Part shown: piece after piece, positions 40,300 through 50,247 of the stretch | How the letters are laid out: each line of letters starts with the position of its first letter | How positions within the stretch are numbered: position 1 is the stretch's first letter | Source: Terriglobia bacterium | GTDB taxonomy: Bacteria > Acidobacteriota > Terriglobia > 2-12-FULL-54-10 | DNA: 64,000 nt | Assembly: GCA_963666975.2 (NCBI GenBank) | Contig: CAXVYR010000004.1 | Location: forward strand, 1,760,001-1,824,000 | Reading direction: 5' to 3' | Program-made: the position numbers and the translations under genes | Notes under the pieces: model-generated | The model's input: only the letters and a program-made list of their open reading frames with translations | Told to the model about the DNA's origin: nothing | Databases searched by the model: none

Positions 40300-40643
40300 A
40301 TCGATTCCCAGCCTTGATCGGTTTTCCCACTCGTCTATTTTCCACTTTATGAGTTCCCACCCTATGGTAATGCCGCTCCACCCGGCCCGGCAAGTTTCAC
40401 AGGCCGCCACTCATTTGATACGCCCGGATGTCGATCAGAGGGTTTCCACAAACCGGCTCTGCAGTAGGATGACTTTGCACATATAGTCATTTGTAATCAT
40501 CAAGTTATAGCCGCCCCACTCGGCGGAAATTTCCTCAGCGAGCCCAACGGCTGGAGCACTTGCTTGTGGAAGCTCTTGCTCCTGGGCCAAAGCAGTTTTC
40601 TCCCTTCCAAACTGCTTTTCTTTCCCGTTAGTTTGCTTTAGAC

Positions 40644-41753
40644 TTGATTTCCATGATGGAGTCTTTGCCCATTGAGAGAGCCATTCCGGAAGCAGGCTCC
40701 CCTCGTCCCTTTTCTATAAAAAATGGGGCGATCCAGGTGCTGAAGCTGGCGGTGGCCACCGGGGTGATTCTGGTCCTGGTGTTTCGCGGAGATATTGGCT
40801 GGGAGGCATTGCAAGCGTCGCTCAGTAAATGGCATTACAGTATCCCCGCCTTCCTGCTACTGGCTCTGACGCCGGTCGGCCACCTCTGGCGGTGGCAGAG
40901 TCTTCTGCGCGCCAGCAGTGTAGTTCTGCCCCACCGCGAAGTTTTTTCTTATCTAATGATCTCGAAGTTTTTCAATATGGCGTTTCCCAGCTACTTGAGC
41001 GGCGACATCATCCGGGGATTTTATGTATTGCGACGGGCCGCAAAGAGCAAAACAGGCTCTGCGGGGGCGGCCGAGGGCAAAGACAAGGCCGGATCGTCCT
41101 CCGTAGTTACCAGTATTTTGTTCGACCGTTTGGCGGGACTTTTACCTCTGTTGCTGATCTGCCTGCTGGGATTGCTCGGCTCGCTGTGGTACGCATTGCC
41201 GCCTCGCATGGTAAGCTCGGTCGGAGCGGGGGCGGGCACCGGAGTGTTGCTGCTTCTCTTCCTATTTCTCCTGGCGTACCGGCTGCCGCAACCGCCCGGC
41301 TTTCTGCTCAAAATCAGCACGAGATATAACGTCCACCATTCCGTCAATTCCCTTTTTCGGGGCACCCATCACTACGTCCGCAATCTCAAGTTGATTCGGA
41401 ACATTCTGGGAATCTCGTTCCTGAATCACGCACTGGCGATTGCCAGCTTCGTTCTGTTCGGCCTGGCGCTGGGGATTCATGTGCCGCTGATGGGTTATCT
41501 GATCTTTGTGCCGCTGGGATTGATGGTGACCGCCATTCCGGTGGCTCCAGCCGGATTGGGGGTTGGCCAGGTCGCTTTCCTGGCTCTGTTCCACACGCTG
41601 GGGACCTCGCAGGGCGCCAATCTATTCACACTCTTCATGGCTTCCCACATCTTGATTAACCTGAGCGGAGCCGCACTGTATCTGCTGGCTCAGGTTCACG
41701 TTCCTTTGTCGCAACAGGTGATTCCAGCCGAAGCAGAAGCCGGAAAACATTAA
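40644..41753 (+). CDS. lysylphosphatidylglycerol synthase TM / flippase-like membrane protein
   Basis: RWQSLL, FFNMAFPS..GD, DRLAGL, IPVAPAGLGV. Confidence 0.85.
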   Translation: MISMMESLPIERAIPEAGSPRPFSIKNGAIQVLKLAVATGVILVLVFRGDIGWEALQASLSKWHYSIPAFLLLALTPVGHLWRWQSLLRASSVVLPHREVFSYLMISKFFNMAFPSYLSGDIIRGFYVLRRAAKSKTGSAGAAEGKDKAGSSSVVTSILFDRLAGLLPLLLICLLGLLGSLWYALPPRMVSSVGAGAGTGVLLLLFLFLLAYRLPQPPGFLLKISTRYNVHHSVNSLFRGTHHYVRNLKLIRNILGISFLNHALAIASFVLFGLALGIHVPLMGYLIFVPLGLMVTAIPVAPAGLGVGQVAFLALFHTLGTSQGANLFTLFMASHILINLSGAALYLLAQVHVPLSQQVIPAEAEAGKH

Positions 41754-41898
41754 GGGTCCCAGGTTAGGTTCCGATAGCGAGGGAGGCTGAAGAGGTTGTT
41801 GGAAAACTGGTGTAGGGGTTCGCTTGCTAATCCCTCGGGGCAGGCTGTGAGGGAGCGGACAAATGGTGTTTTTCAACAATCTGTTAAGGATAGAGCGT

Positions 41899-42459
41899 CT
41901 AGGGAGGAGCGATCGTCCCGCCGATAGGCCAAGTGGCGGCGCACCCGGTGGCGTCAGCGATGGTCTGAGTTCCCGCGCTGTCTTTCAGCATGCTGTTGGT
42001 GTGGTCGATACAGAAGGTGCTTGTGCCGTTGCTGCCCGGCAATACCGGCGTGGCGACCACCGCAAAGGCGGGGTTTGGCGCGGCGGTGGTGGGCGTGGCG
42101 TTGGCTGCATAATAAGTGAACCGATAACCGTTTTTCACCGGAGTTGGGGTGGCAGGAGTGACCCCGGATAACAGCGAGTCCAGCAGGTCGGCGCACCCGG
42201 AACTGAAGCTGGCACAGGCGCCGCCGGGAGGACCCAATTGCGCCAGGCTTCCGGCGTAGCCCTGGTCAAAAGAAATGTAATAGGTCGCGTTCGCCTTGCC
42301 CACCTGCGCAATCGAATTGGCTGCGGAAGTTTCATTGGCGACGGCCTTGGATCGGAGCAGTCCGGGAACTGCAATAGCCGCCAGGATGAGGATGATAGCA
42401 ACAACGATCAGCAACTCTACCAGGGAAAAGCCGGTCTGTCTTCTGATGTTCTTTCCCAA
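41899..42459 (-). CDS. type IV pilin-like protein
   Basis: Prepilin motif G|FSLVELLIVVAII; ANE.SA; KNGYRFTY; FC.D. Confidence 0.9.
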   Translation of the reverse strand: MGKNIRRQTGFSLVELLIVVAIILILAAIAVPGLLRSKAVANETSAANSIAQVGKANATYYISFDQGYAGSLAQLGPPGGACASFSSGCADLLDSLLSGVTPATPTPVKNGYRFTYYAANATPTTAAPNPAFAVVATPVLPGSNGTSTFCIDHTNSMLKDSAGTQTIADATGCAATWPIGGTIAPP

Positions 42460-42769
42460 TTTCTGTGCTCCGGTCCTTTTTGGAGATTAGCCTTTGGGGC
42501 CTAGTTCAACGTTCAACGGGCTGCAAACACACCGCGTGACAATCTTCTTAATAACATCAATTGGAAACGGTTACGGAGGGTTTACTTTAACGTAACCACA
42601 AGGGCTTAGCAAGCGTAGATTATGACAAGACTATTCACTCCCTGCGGGGGAGGAAACACCCTGTTTCCTTATGATGTGGGCGCATCTGACCGGGGGACTA
42701 TTGACGCTTGCAAAGGGTAAGGCTTCTCAAGAAGAGTCGGTTTGGAGGCACGGCTTTTACCGATTGCCG

Positions 42770-43321
42770 TTAAAGGGGAGCAACGCTCCCGCCGAGGGGC
42801 CAGGTGGCGGCGCAGCCGGTGGTGTCAGCGGTGGTCTGGGTTCCTAAACTATCTTTCAATATGCTGTGTCTGTGGTCGATACAGAACGTGCTCGTCCCGT
42901 TGACGCCCGCCACGACCGGCGTGGCGACGACTGCAAAGGTGCCATTCTGAGCTGCGAGGGTGGGATTGGAATTGACTACATAGTAGGTAAACCGATAACC
43001 GTTTTTCAGTGGAGTTGGGTTGGCAGGATTGACCCCGGATAAGACAGCGCCCACCAGGTCGGCGCAGCCGGAATTGACGACTGCACAGCCGCCGCTAGGG
43101 GGGCCCAATTGCGCCAAAGTTCCGGCAAAGCCCATACCGTAAGTAGCGACATAAGCCAGGTTCCCTTTGCTCAGCGCTGCCAGCGAATTGGCTGCTGAAG
43201 CTTCGTTGGCGGATGCCTTGGAGCGCAGTAAGCTGGGCACTGCCAAGGCAGCGATAATCAGGATGATGGCCACAACGACCAATAGTTCGATCAGGGAGAA
43301 GCCATTTTGTTTCGTCATCAC
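42770..43321 (-). CDS. type IV pilin-like protein, tandem paralog
   Basis: G|FSLIELLVVVAII; same Cys pattern as its neighbour. Confidence 0.9.
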   Translation of the reverse strand: MMTKQNGFSLIELLVVVAIILIIAALAVPSLLRSKASANEASAANSLAALSKGNLAYVATYGMGFAGTLAQLGPPSGGCAVVNSGCADLVGAVLSGVNPANPTPLKNGYRFTYYVVNSNPTLAAQNGTFAVVATPVVAGVNGTSTFCIDHRHSILKDSLGTQTTADTTGCAATWPLGGSVAPL

Positions 43322-43380
43322 GGTTGCTCTGCCCGGCTGAGGGGCTGATCTTTTGCGAATCTTTACCTCAAAGAAGTATT

Positions 43381-43396
43381 AGCAATCCGCATACCG
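43381..43396 (-). promoter_or_regulatory. putative sigma54 promoter of the pilin genes
   Basis: CGGTAT-GCGGA-TTGCT, i.e. GG-N10-GC, about 60 nt upstream of the pilin start. Confidence 0.55.
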
Positions 43397-43947
43397 CTTT
43401 TGCCTTCTTGCGGCAATCTGCCAACATGAATGATCGGCACTTGCGTCATTTTATTTAGATTGCAAGGACTTAGCAACCCTGTACGGCATGCATGAACATA
43501 ATTACAACACCCCCCTTGCCGAATCTCGGCTTTCCGAAGAATGCCTTTTTTTGTCACTCTGTTTGGACATTTTTTCGCCCTCTGCCTTTCATTTTCTCAT
43601 CTTCTTCTGGGAAACTTCACACCATACTGTGTTCCTGCGTTTATAATTTTCAGGGATTTTCATCGCGATTTCCGGGGCGATTTCCGGAACCAACTCCAGG
43701 CGGCGGCATCAAAAAGCTCCGCCGAACCCTCGCAAGAGCGGTGAATGCAAAAGGGGACGTAATGGGAGGAAGGCGGATTTTACTTGAAAACAGCGATGTA
43801 ATCGAGTATCTGTAACGATTCGCGCCCGGCGGGGACCGGGACTCGGCTGGGCCGGCAAATGGGTCAAGCTATGGAAAGAATCTATGGGTACAATCTGCGA
43901 GTCCGGGGTTGGCGTCTAATCCGGACCAGGAAAAAAAGCCAGGCAGA

Positions 43948-44913
43948 ATGAAGATACGAATTTTTTTTCATGACCGCTGTTTTGACGGGGCAGCTTCGGC
44001 GGCGACCTTTACCCGGCTCTATCAAACCTGCATTGATTCCCAAGCCGAGTTTTTCTACACCGGCCTGGCCCACCGCGCTACCCAACTGTTCGACGAGAAT
44101 CTGTTCGACGGTGAAGAAAACGCCATCGTGGACTTCAAGTACTGCAACTCGCCGCGTCTCACCTGGTGGTTTGATCATCACCAAAGCGCCTTTCTCACGG
44201 AGGAGGACGCCGCCCATTTCCGCAATGACCGCAGCGGCAAGAAATTCTACGATCCGGACTTCCGGTCCTGCACCAAGTTTATTGCCACCGTGGGGCGGGA
44301 AAAATTCGGGTTTGACACCACGGACCTGAATGATTTGATTCACTGGGCTGACGTTGTGGACGGCGCGATGTTCCCGGATGCGGAGACCGCCGTCCAGATG
44401 AAGATGCCGGCGCTGCAACTGGCCCTGGTGATGGAAGCCGGCTCCGAGGACGACCTTCCCCGGTGGCTGATTTCCCAGATGGCCAGCCGGTCGCTGGCCG
44501 AGATCGCAGCGGATAAAAAAATTGCCGGCCAGTTTCAGCCGTTGTTCGAGCGCCACCTCCGCTCGCTCGATTACATCCGCCAGAACGCGCATTGCGATCA
44601 GGGAGTTGTCTTTTTTGATCTCACCGGGCAGAACATGGAGGTCTATAACAAGTTCGGGCCGTACTATCTGTTTCCGGAATGCGTCTACACCGTCAGCATC
44701 TGCCCGTCCAGTTTCCGCGCCAAGATTTCTCTGGGGTCCAATCCCTGGAACCGGGCGGCTGTCCAGCACAACCTTGCCACCATCTGTGAGCGGTATGGCG
44801 GGGGAGGACACCCTCGCGTCGGGGCGATCTCGCTCGAACCCGGAGGGCTGGAACAAGCCCAGAAGATTGCCCGGGAGATCGTAGCGGAATTAAAGACGCC
44901 CCCCTCCTCCTGA
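43948..44913 (+). CDS. DHH-family phosphoesterase
   Basis: HDRCFDG, IVDF, WFDHH, GGGGH. Confidence 0.85.
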   Translation: MKIRIFFHDRCFDGAASAATFTRLYQTCIDSQAEFFYTGLAHRATQLFDENLFDGEENAIVDFKYCNSPRLTWWFDHHQSAFLTEEDAAHFRNDRSGKKFYDPDFRSCTKFIATVGREKFGFDTTDLNDLIHWADVVDGAMFPDAETAVQMKMPALQLALVMEAGSEDDLPRWLISQMASRSLAEIAADKKIAGQFQPLFERHLRSLDYIRQNAHCDQGVVFFDLTGQNMEVYNKFGPYYLFPECVYTVSICPSSFRAKISLGSNPWNRAAVQHNLATICERYGGGGHPRVGAISLEPGGLEQAQKIAREIVAELKTPPSS

Positions 44914-45142
44914 GACTCCTCCCGCCACGCGCCCTTCCGGCTCGCGTTGAGGGCTGCTCTGGCTTCTGACACATGTCTTCAGTTTTTCCTTGCAGCGTTC
45001 GGGGCGCTGTTCCATCTTTAGAATTTGCCAGCGCTTTTGGCGCGGCGAATCAACAAGAGTCCGGCGGCATGACAAGCCAGCCCGGCCACGACGCTGCCGG
45101 GCCGGGAGCCATCCGGCTTGAATACAAGATTGGGGTGGAAGG

Positions 45143-45646
45143 ATGCCGTTAGAAGACCAACCAACAGTACGACCAACAGTACGGTTGATACCCAGCACCA
45201 ACCTTTGTTACGTCTGCGGCCCTGACAACGCCGCAGGATTGCATGTTCAGTTCGTTGCCGACGGCGACCACGGCAGCCGTGCCTCCTACACGGCCCGCGC
45301 CGAGCATGACGGATGGCCCGGACTGCTGCATGGCGGCGTGACGTTTGCCCTCATGGACGAGGCCATGGCCTGGGCACTCCATTTCCAGGGGCTGTTCGGC
45401 GTCACCGCGCGCGTCGAGACGCGGTTCCGGCAGCCGGTTCGGGCGGGAACGGAATTGACGATCCGGGCATGGACGCTGGGCCGGCGCCGGCGGCTCATCG
45501 ATGCCCGCGCGGAAATACGCATTGACTCCGAACAGAAGCCGTTGGTGGCCGAAGCCGACGCCACCATGTATCTGCAAAAGCCGGCGGAGAGCCAGGACCA
45601 AGGGAAACCTAACCAGGAAAACCTAACCAATGAAAAGGACGCTTGA
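45143..45646 (+). CDS. PaaI-family thioesterase
   Basis: CYVCGPDN, HGG..ALMDE. Confidence 0.85.
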   Translation: MPLEDQPTVRPTVRLIPSTNLCYVCGPDNAAGLHVQFVADGDHGSRASYTARAEHDGWPGLLHGGVTFALMDEAMAWALHFQGLFGVTARVETRFRQPVRAGTELTIRAWTLGRRRRLIDARAEIRIDSEQKPLVAEADATMYLQKPAESQDQGKPNQENLTNEKDA

Positions 45647-46368
45647 AACGCATCCCTCGAATAGAACCTGACAGCCGCATGGAACCTGACAGCATACGCC
45701 ATCACTTCAAAGCGCAAGTCCCGGACTACCCAGGCCTGATGAAACGGCTGGTGCCGTTCTTTGACGAGCAACGGGAAATCCTGCTCGGTCTCATTCCTTT
45801 CGACCGGGAAACACCCCTTCGCGTACTCGACCTGGGATGCGGGCCGGGTCTGCTGGCTGCGCGCCTGCTGTCGGAATACAAACGCGCGGAGTTGACGGCC
45901 TTCGATCTGACGCAGGAAATGCTCGACTCCTGCCGCTCCCGACTTTTGGGAGTCGATCGGGTGAGTTACCAACTGGGAGATTTCCGCTCCGACGATCTTG
46001 GCGAGAACTTCGACCTCGACCTTATCGTTGCTGCGCTCTCCCTGCATCACATGGAACTGGAGGAACGCTACGGTTTTTTCCAGCGTGCATACCGCAGCTT
46101 GAAGCCCGGCGGAGTCTTCCTCGCCTCCGAGGTGATTGTCGACGAATCGACAACAGTGCGAGAGCAGCAGTATCAGTTGTGGCGTGAATTCATGGAGCGG
46201 AACGGAGAAGACAGCGCCGCATGGTACCGCAGGCACTGCGAAAAGGACCACCCGGCGACGATTTCCTTTTTGGTGGCAACGCTCTCTAAAACGGGTTTTC
46301 AGGCTCCAGGCTGTTTCTGGCGCTACCTGAACTTTGCCATTCTCCGCGCCCGCAAGCCCGCCGCCTGA
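45643..46368 (+). CDS. class I SAM-dependent methyltransferase
   Basis: LDLGCGPG, SLHH, LKPGG. Confidence 0.88.
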   Translation: MKRIPRIEPDSRMEPDSIRHHFKAQVPDYPGLMKRLVPFFDEQREILLGLIPFDRETPLRVLDLGCGPGLLAARLLSEYKRAELTAFDLTQEMLDSCRSRLLGVDRVSYQLGDFRSDDLGENFDLDLIVAALSLHHMELEERYGFFQRAYRSLKPGGVFLASEVIVDESTTVREQQYQLWREFMERNGEDSAAWYRRHCEKDHPATISFLVATLSKTGFQAPGCFWRYLNFAILRARKPAA

Positions 46369-46535
46369 TAATCGGTGGATGATCTTACCCCTTAGATTTC
46401 GACATTCTAACCCCTTGTTGGAGTGGCTCCGTCCCGTGCGGTTTCGTGTTACGCTGCACGGGAACGGGTTCTGTTGCGGGTCAGCCGGAACAAGACATGA
46501 GCAAGAATCGCACCGCTCGAAAGGAGGGTCAACCC

Positions 46536-47015
46536 ATGCGAATCATCTGGATTGTGCTGACAATGATCGTACTGGCAACCCTGCTGGCGGGAACCGCCAC
46601 GCTCCATGCACAGCAATTGGACAAAGAAAATGATAATAATGACGCCATCTTCATGAGCGGTTACAGCGCGGGCATGGTTGCCATGTACGAGTCGCAGATA
46701 TCGGACGCTTTCCTGGGCTGGTCCGTTCTGAAAGACGTGAAAGGGACTGCTCCCTACCGGAAGATACTTGCCAGCCAAATGAACACCGCGTTGCTTGCGC
46801 TCGCCCATGCGGTGGGTGAGGTAAAACAAAAGCCCGAGATGCTGAAGCTGCTGGAGCGCATGGCCTCAGCCGACCGAAAGGAGTTCTACCAAAAGCTGAA
46901 AGACGCCAGGCAGCAGAATGGCTGGTTGCTGACGAACCCCGAAAACGAGCAGAAAGTGCAATGGGTGATTGACCAGCACCTCCAGTACGGCAATGTCTAC
47001 GGCTTCCAGTTCTAA
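46536..47015 (+). CDS. secreted hypothetical protein
   Basis: AAGGAGG RBS; signal peptide ending LHA|Q. Confidence 0.65.
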   Translation: MRIIWIVLTMIVLATLLAGTATLHAQQLDKENDNNDAIFMSGYSAGMVAMYESQISDAFLGWSVLKDVKGTAPYRKILASQMNTALLALAHAVGEVKQKPEMLKLLERMASADRKEFYQKLKDARQQNGWLLTNPENEQKVQWVIDQHLQYGNVYGFQF

Positions 47016-47047
47016 AGGGGTGGGCACCTATGCGGGACAGCTGAACA

Positions 47048-47185
47048 AGAGCGGGCCGTGGGCTTTGCTCTAGCGTTTGTGGCCGCTTGCTGATCCCTCG
47101 GCTTCGCTCGGGACAGGCGCGCACGGCTCGGATTGGATTTACGAACCCACGGCAAATTGAAACTGCCAAATTGCCGTGGCTACCA
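47048..47185. repeat. composite REP-like repeat; parts recur at 49514-49592 and 50162-50202
   Basis: AGAGCGGGCCGTGGG, CTTCGCTCGGGACAGGCGCGC and the palindrome CCCACGGCAAATTG..AATTGCCGTGGCTAC. Confidence 0.75.
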
Positions 47186-47325
47186 GATGGGACCAAGATT
47201 GACTGTACCGCATAACACGGCCTTGCATCCGCCCGCGCGACTGCTCCCAGTAGCGATTCCGTGTTACGCTTCCGGCACGGGCTCTGCCGCGGGACATCAT
47301 AAATACTATTCGGGGACGGACGAAT

Positions 47326-47661
47326 ATGAATGTCACATCTCCAGGCACCGCTTCCTGGCGAGGTGACATGCATATGGACCGGCTGATCACCAAGAACAAC
47401 TCAGCAACGCTTCGTGTCGAGGCCGGCCAGTTGGTGCTTGACGGGCCTCGCGGACGTCACTTTGTATTGCCCAAGGCGGAAGTCACCGAGGTTCGGCAGG
47501 CGGTAGCCAGATTCTGGAGATGGTCCTGGCCGGTTTCCAATGGCATCCGCATCTGTCACTCGGTTTCCGGAGTGCCCGAGAAGCTGGTTTTCCGCTCCCG
47601 CGACGCCTCTGCCGGGCAGATGCTCGAAAAGCTGAAGGCATGGGAGTATTCTGTGCCCTGA
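47326..47661 (+). CDS. hypothetical protein
   Basis: ORF with GAGGTG RBS before an internal Met; no motif recognised. Confidence 0.45.
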   Translation: MNVTSPGTASWRGDMHMDRLITKNNSATLRVEAGQLVLDGPRGRHFVLPKAEVTEVRQAVARFWRWSWPVSNGIRICHSVSGVPEKLVFRSRDASAGQMLEKLKAWEYSVP

Positions 47662-47998
47662 CAGGATACATAATCCATAAAAACGGTCTGGACTACAACA
47701 TCAAGCAACGGTCGTGCCGGGCGGAACGCTCGCAGCGGTCAGATTGTCGGGGAGCGCCGCCGCAGGAGGGGCGGGCTTACTGCGGAAAGTTCATGCGGCG
47801 GAGCAGGCTTTGGTAGCGAGGGTCTGAGCGGACGTTATCGAAAAACAGCTCCATTTTGCGGAACAAGCTAGAAAGACTCGTCCGGAGCGCATTGGTGATT
47901 TTGAAGCGCGGTTGAATCGGCCCAGTCCCAGCCGTATACTATCTGCCCAAAACACTTCAGTCTGAATTCCACAAAGAGATTTCATCAATGGAGGATAA

Positions 47999-48628
47999 AT
48001 GGATAAATGGATGATTCGCGGCGTCGAGTACGCAAACTGCAATTGCAACTATGGCTGTCCGTGCCAGTTCAGCGCTCCCACCACGTACGGCCATTGCGAG
48101 GCCTTAGCCGGCGGGCACATCGAAGAGGGATATTTCAATGACGTTCGCCTCGACGGCCTGAACTGGGCGTTGACCCTGTATTGGCCCGGAGAAATTGCCG
48201 CAGGCAACGGGACGCAGCAGGCGATTGTTGACGAGCGCGCCAATGATGCCCAGAGGGAGGCGCTGCGCAAGATCCTCCATGGCGAATCCACCGCGCCGGG
48301 CGCAACCCATTTCTTTGTCTATAACAGCACGATGTCCAAGGTGCTCCCGACACTCTTCAAGCCCGTCGAGGTCAAAATCGATGTCGAGGCGCGCCAGGCT
48401 ACCCTCCAGGTGCCGGGGCTCATTGAGTCCAAGGGCGTTCCCATCATCCATCCAATCACTGGGAAAGCCCACCGGGCGCGCATCAACCTGCCCGACGGCT
48501 TTGAGTACACCGTCGCGGAAATGGCCAGCGGAACCTCCAAGACCTCCGGGGAGATCAAGCTCAATCTGAACGGCAGCTATGGACAGTTCAACATCCTGCA
48601 CATGAATCAGGACGGGGTGATTCGGTAA
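47999..48628 (+). CDS. DUF1326 domain protein
   Basis: NCNCNYGCPC, PTTYGHC, VDERANDAQREAL. Confidence 0.85.
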   Translation: MDKWMIRGVEYANCNCNYGCPCQFSAPTTYGHCEALAGGHIEEGYFNDVRLDGLNWALTLYWPGEIAAGNGTQQAIVDERANDAQREALRKILHGESTAPGATHFFVYNSTMSKVLPTLFKPVEVKIDVEARQATLQVPGLIESKGVPIIHPITGKAHRARINLPDGFEYTVAEMASGTSKTSGEIKLNLNGSYGQFNILHMNQDGVIR

Positions 48629-48632
48629 GACC

Positions 48633-49457
48633 ATGCCCGCCTCACTGCGCGGACCTGCGGCGGTTTTCCTCCCGCGCCGCGACCGCATTGCGATATGGAC
48701 GGGACTGCTCGGCGTCGCCGCCGTGTCGTGGCTGTACTTGCTTCGGCTGGCGGCGTCCATGCAGTCTATGGCGGATTCTATGCCGGAATCCATGCCGGGA
48801 ACCATGCCCGTCGATCCGGCGCTCCTCCTCCAAATCAAACCCTGGACCGCAGCGGACTTTTCGCTGATGTTCCTCATGTGGGCGGTCATGATGGTGGGCA
48901 TGATGGCGCCATCGGCTATCCCCATGACCCTCATCTACGCCGCCATCGCCCGCAAAGCGGCGGGCCAGGGAACTTCTCTGGCGCCGTCGGCGGTGTTTGT
49001 TTCCGGATACATTTTCATGTGGACGCTGTTCAGCGTCAGCGCCACATTCGCTCAATGGGCGCTGGAGCAGGCGTCGCTGCTCTCTCCCATGATGGTGACG
49101 ACCAGTCCGCTGCTGGGAGCAGCGTTGCTGACCGCTGCCGGAGTTTATCAGTTGACGCCCGCCAAAAACGCCTGCCTGGAGCATTGCCGCGCTCCCGCGC
49201 AGTTCATCTCAAATCACTGGCGGCAGGGGACGTGGGGCGCGTTCCGTATGGGAATACACCATGGCGCGTACTGCCTGGGCTGCTGCTGGGCCTTGATGAT
49301 CCTGCTGTTTTTCGGCGGCGTCATGAATTTAGTTTGGATCGCGGGAATCGCCCTATTCGTGCTGCTGGAAAAAGTGATCCCGTTCGGGGTTCTGGGTGGC
49401 CGCTTGGCGGGTGCCGGGATGATTTTGGCTGGGCTGGCGCTGCTCGTTTCACTGTGA
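48633..49457 (+). CDS. DUF2182 putative metal-binding membrane protein
   Basis: MWAVMMVGMMAPS, YQLTPAKNACLEHCR, YCLGCCWALM. Confidence 0.88.
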   Translation: MPASLRGPAAVFLPRRDRIAIWTGLLGVAAVSWLYLLRLAASMQSMADSMPESMPGTMPVDPALLLQIKPWTAADFSLMFLMWAVMMVGMMAPSAIPMTLIYAAIARKAAGQGTSLAPSAVFVSGYIFMWTLFSVSATFAQWALEQASLLSPMMVTTSPLLGAALLTAAGVYQLTPAKNACLEHCRAPAQFISNHWRQGTWGAFRMGIHHGAYCLGCCWALMILLFFGGVMNLVWIAGIALFVLLEKVIPFGVLGGRLAGAGMILAGLALLVSL

Positions 49458-49611
49458 GCAAACAGCGGGTGAGCAAGCCACGGCGAAGGGTTTATTTCGC
49501 CGCCCTGCGGCCCAGAGCGGGCCGTGGGTCTTTTACTTCCCTGATTTTACAAACCCACGGCAAATTGGAGCTGCCAATTTATCGTGGCTACCCAGGAAGA
49601 AACGATTTCTT

Positions 49612-49662
49612 CTACTCGCTGAGCTTCAGCACCGCTGAAAAAGCCTCCTGGGGAGTATCGAC
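49612..49662 (-). repeat. decayed duplicate of the lepA 3' end
   Basis: Reads VDTPQEAFSAVLKLSE* versus Lep[17 protein letters not shown] (50248-50298). Confidence 0.88.
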
Positions 49663-49671
49663 CCACACCGG

Positions 49672-49941
49672 TTAATACGTTGCGGATGTCCGGCGCTCCA
49701 CGCGATATACATACACGACTTTCTCGCCCGCGACAACCTCGTAGAAGATTCGATAGTCGCCGACTCTGCGTCGCCACACATCTTCCTGGCCTTGCATTTT
49801 CGCAACGTCGCCGAAATACGGGTTCGCCGCCAAATCGGTTATGGCGGAGGAAATTCGTTCTGCATCCCTCTTGGGAATTCTTCGGAGCTGCTTCGGAACG
49901 TCCCGGTCAACGAGTACGGTCCAGGGTGCGGTGGAGTTCAT
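49672..49941 (-). CDS. RelE/ParE-family toxin
   Basis: L..NP, WRRRVGDYRIFY, VERR. Confidence 0.88.
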   Translation of the reverse strand: MNSTAPWTVLVDRDVPKQLRRIPKRDAERISSAITDLAANPYFGDVAKMQGQEDVWRRRVGDYRIFYEVVAGEKVVYVYRVERRTSATY

Positions 49942-50137
49942 GAAGTGTGAGATGGCTCCCGCGAACGCGGTTTTTTCTTGCCTTGGCGAGCGCCTTTTTC
50001 TCTGCGGCAGTGGGGACGAACGTTTTCCGAGACTTCAGTTTTTTCTGCCATGCGACAAATTGCTCGAAGGCCTCGCGGGGGACCGCCACCAGGTCTTTGC
50101 GCTCGGCGAATTCTTTCGGGATGGTGAGGGTTGCCAT
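49907..50137 (-). CDS. putative antitoxin
   Basis: 76-aa ORF overlapping the toxin start; TGcTATAGT 6 nt before its ATG. Confidence 0.7.
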   Translation of the reverse strand: MATLTIPKEFAERKDLVAVPREAFEQFVAWQKKLKSRKTFVPTAAEKKALAKARKNRVRGSHLTLHELHRTLDRTR

Positions 50138-50247
50138 GCGTTTACTATAGCACACAGCGTTCCGCTTGCTGATACCTCAGCTTCGCTCGGGACAGGCGCG
50201 CGCAGGATGTCCGCTCCATTACTGTCGCGGCTCGGAAACAATCCCTT

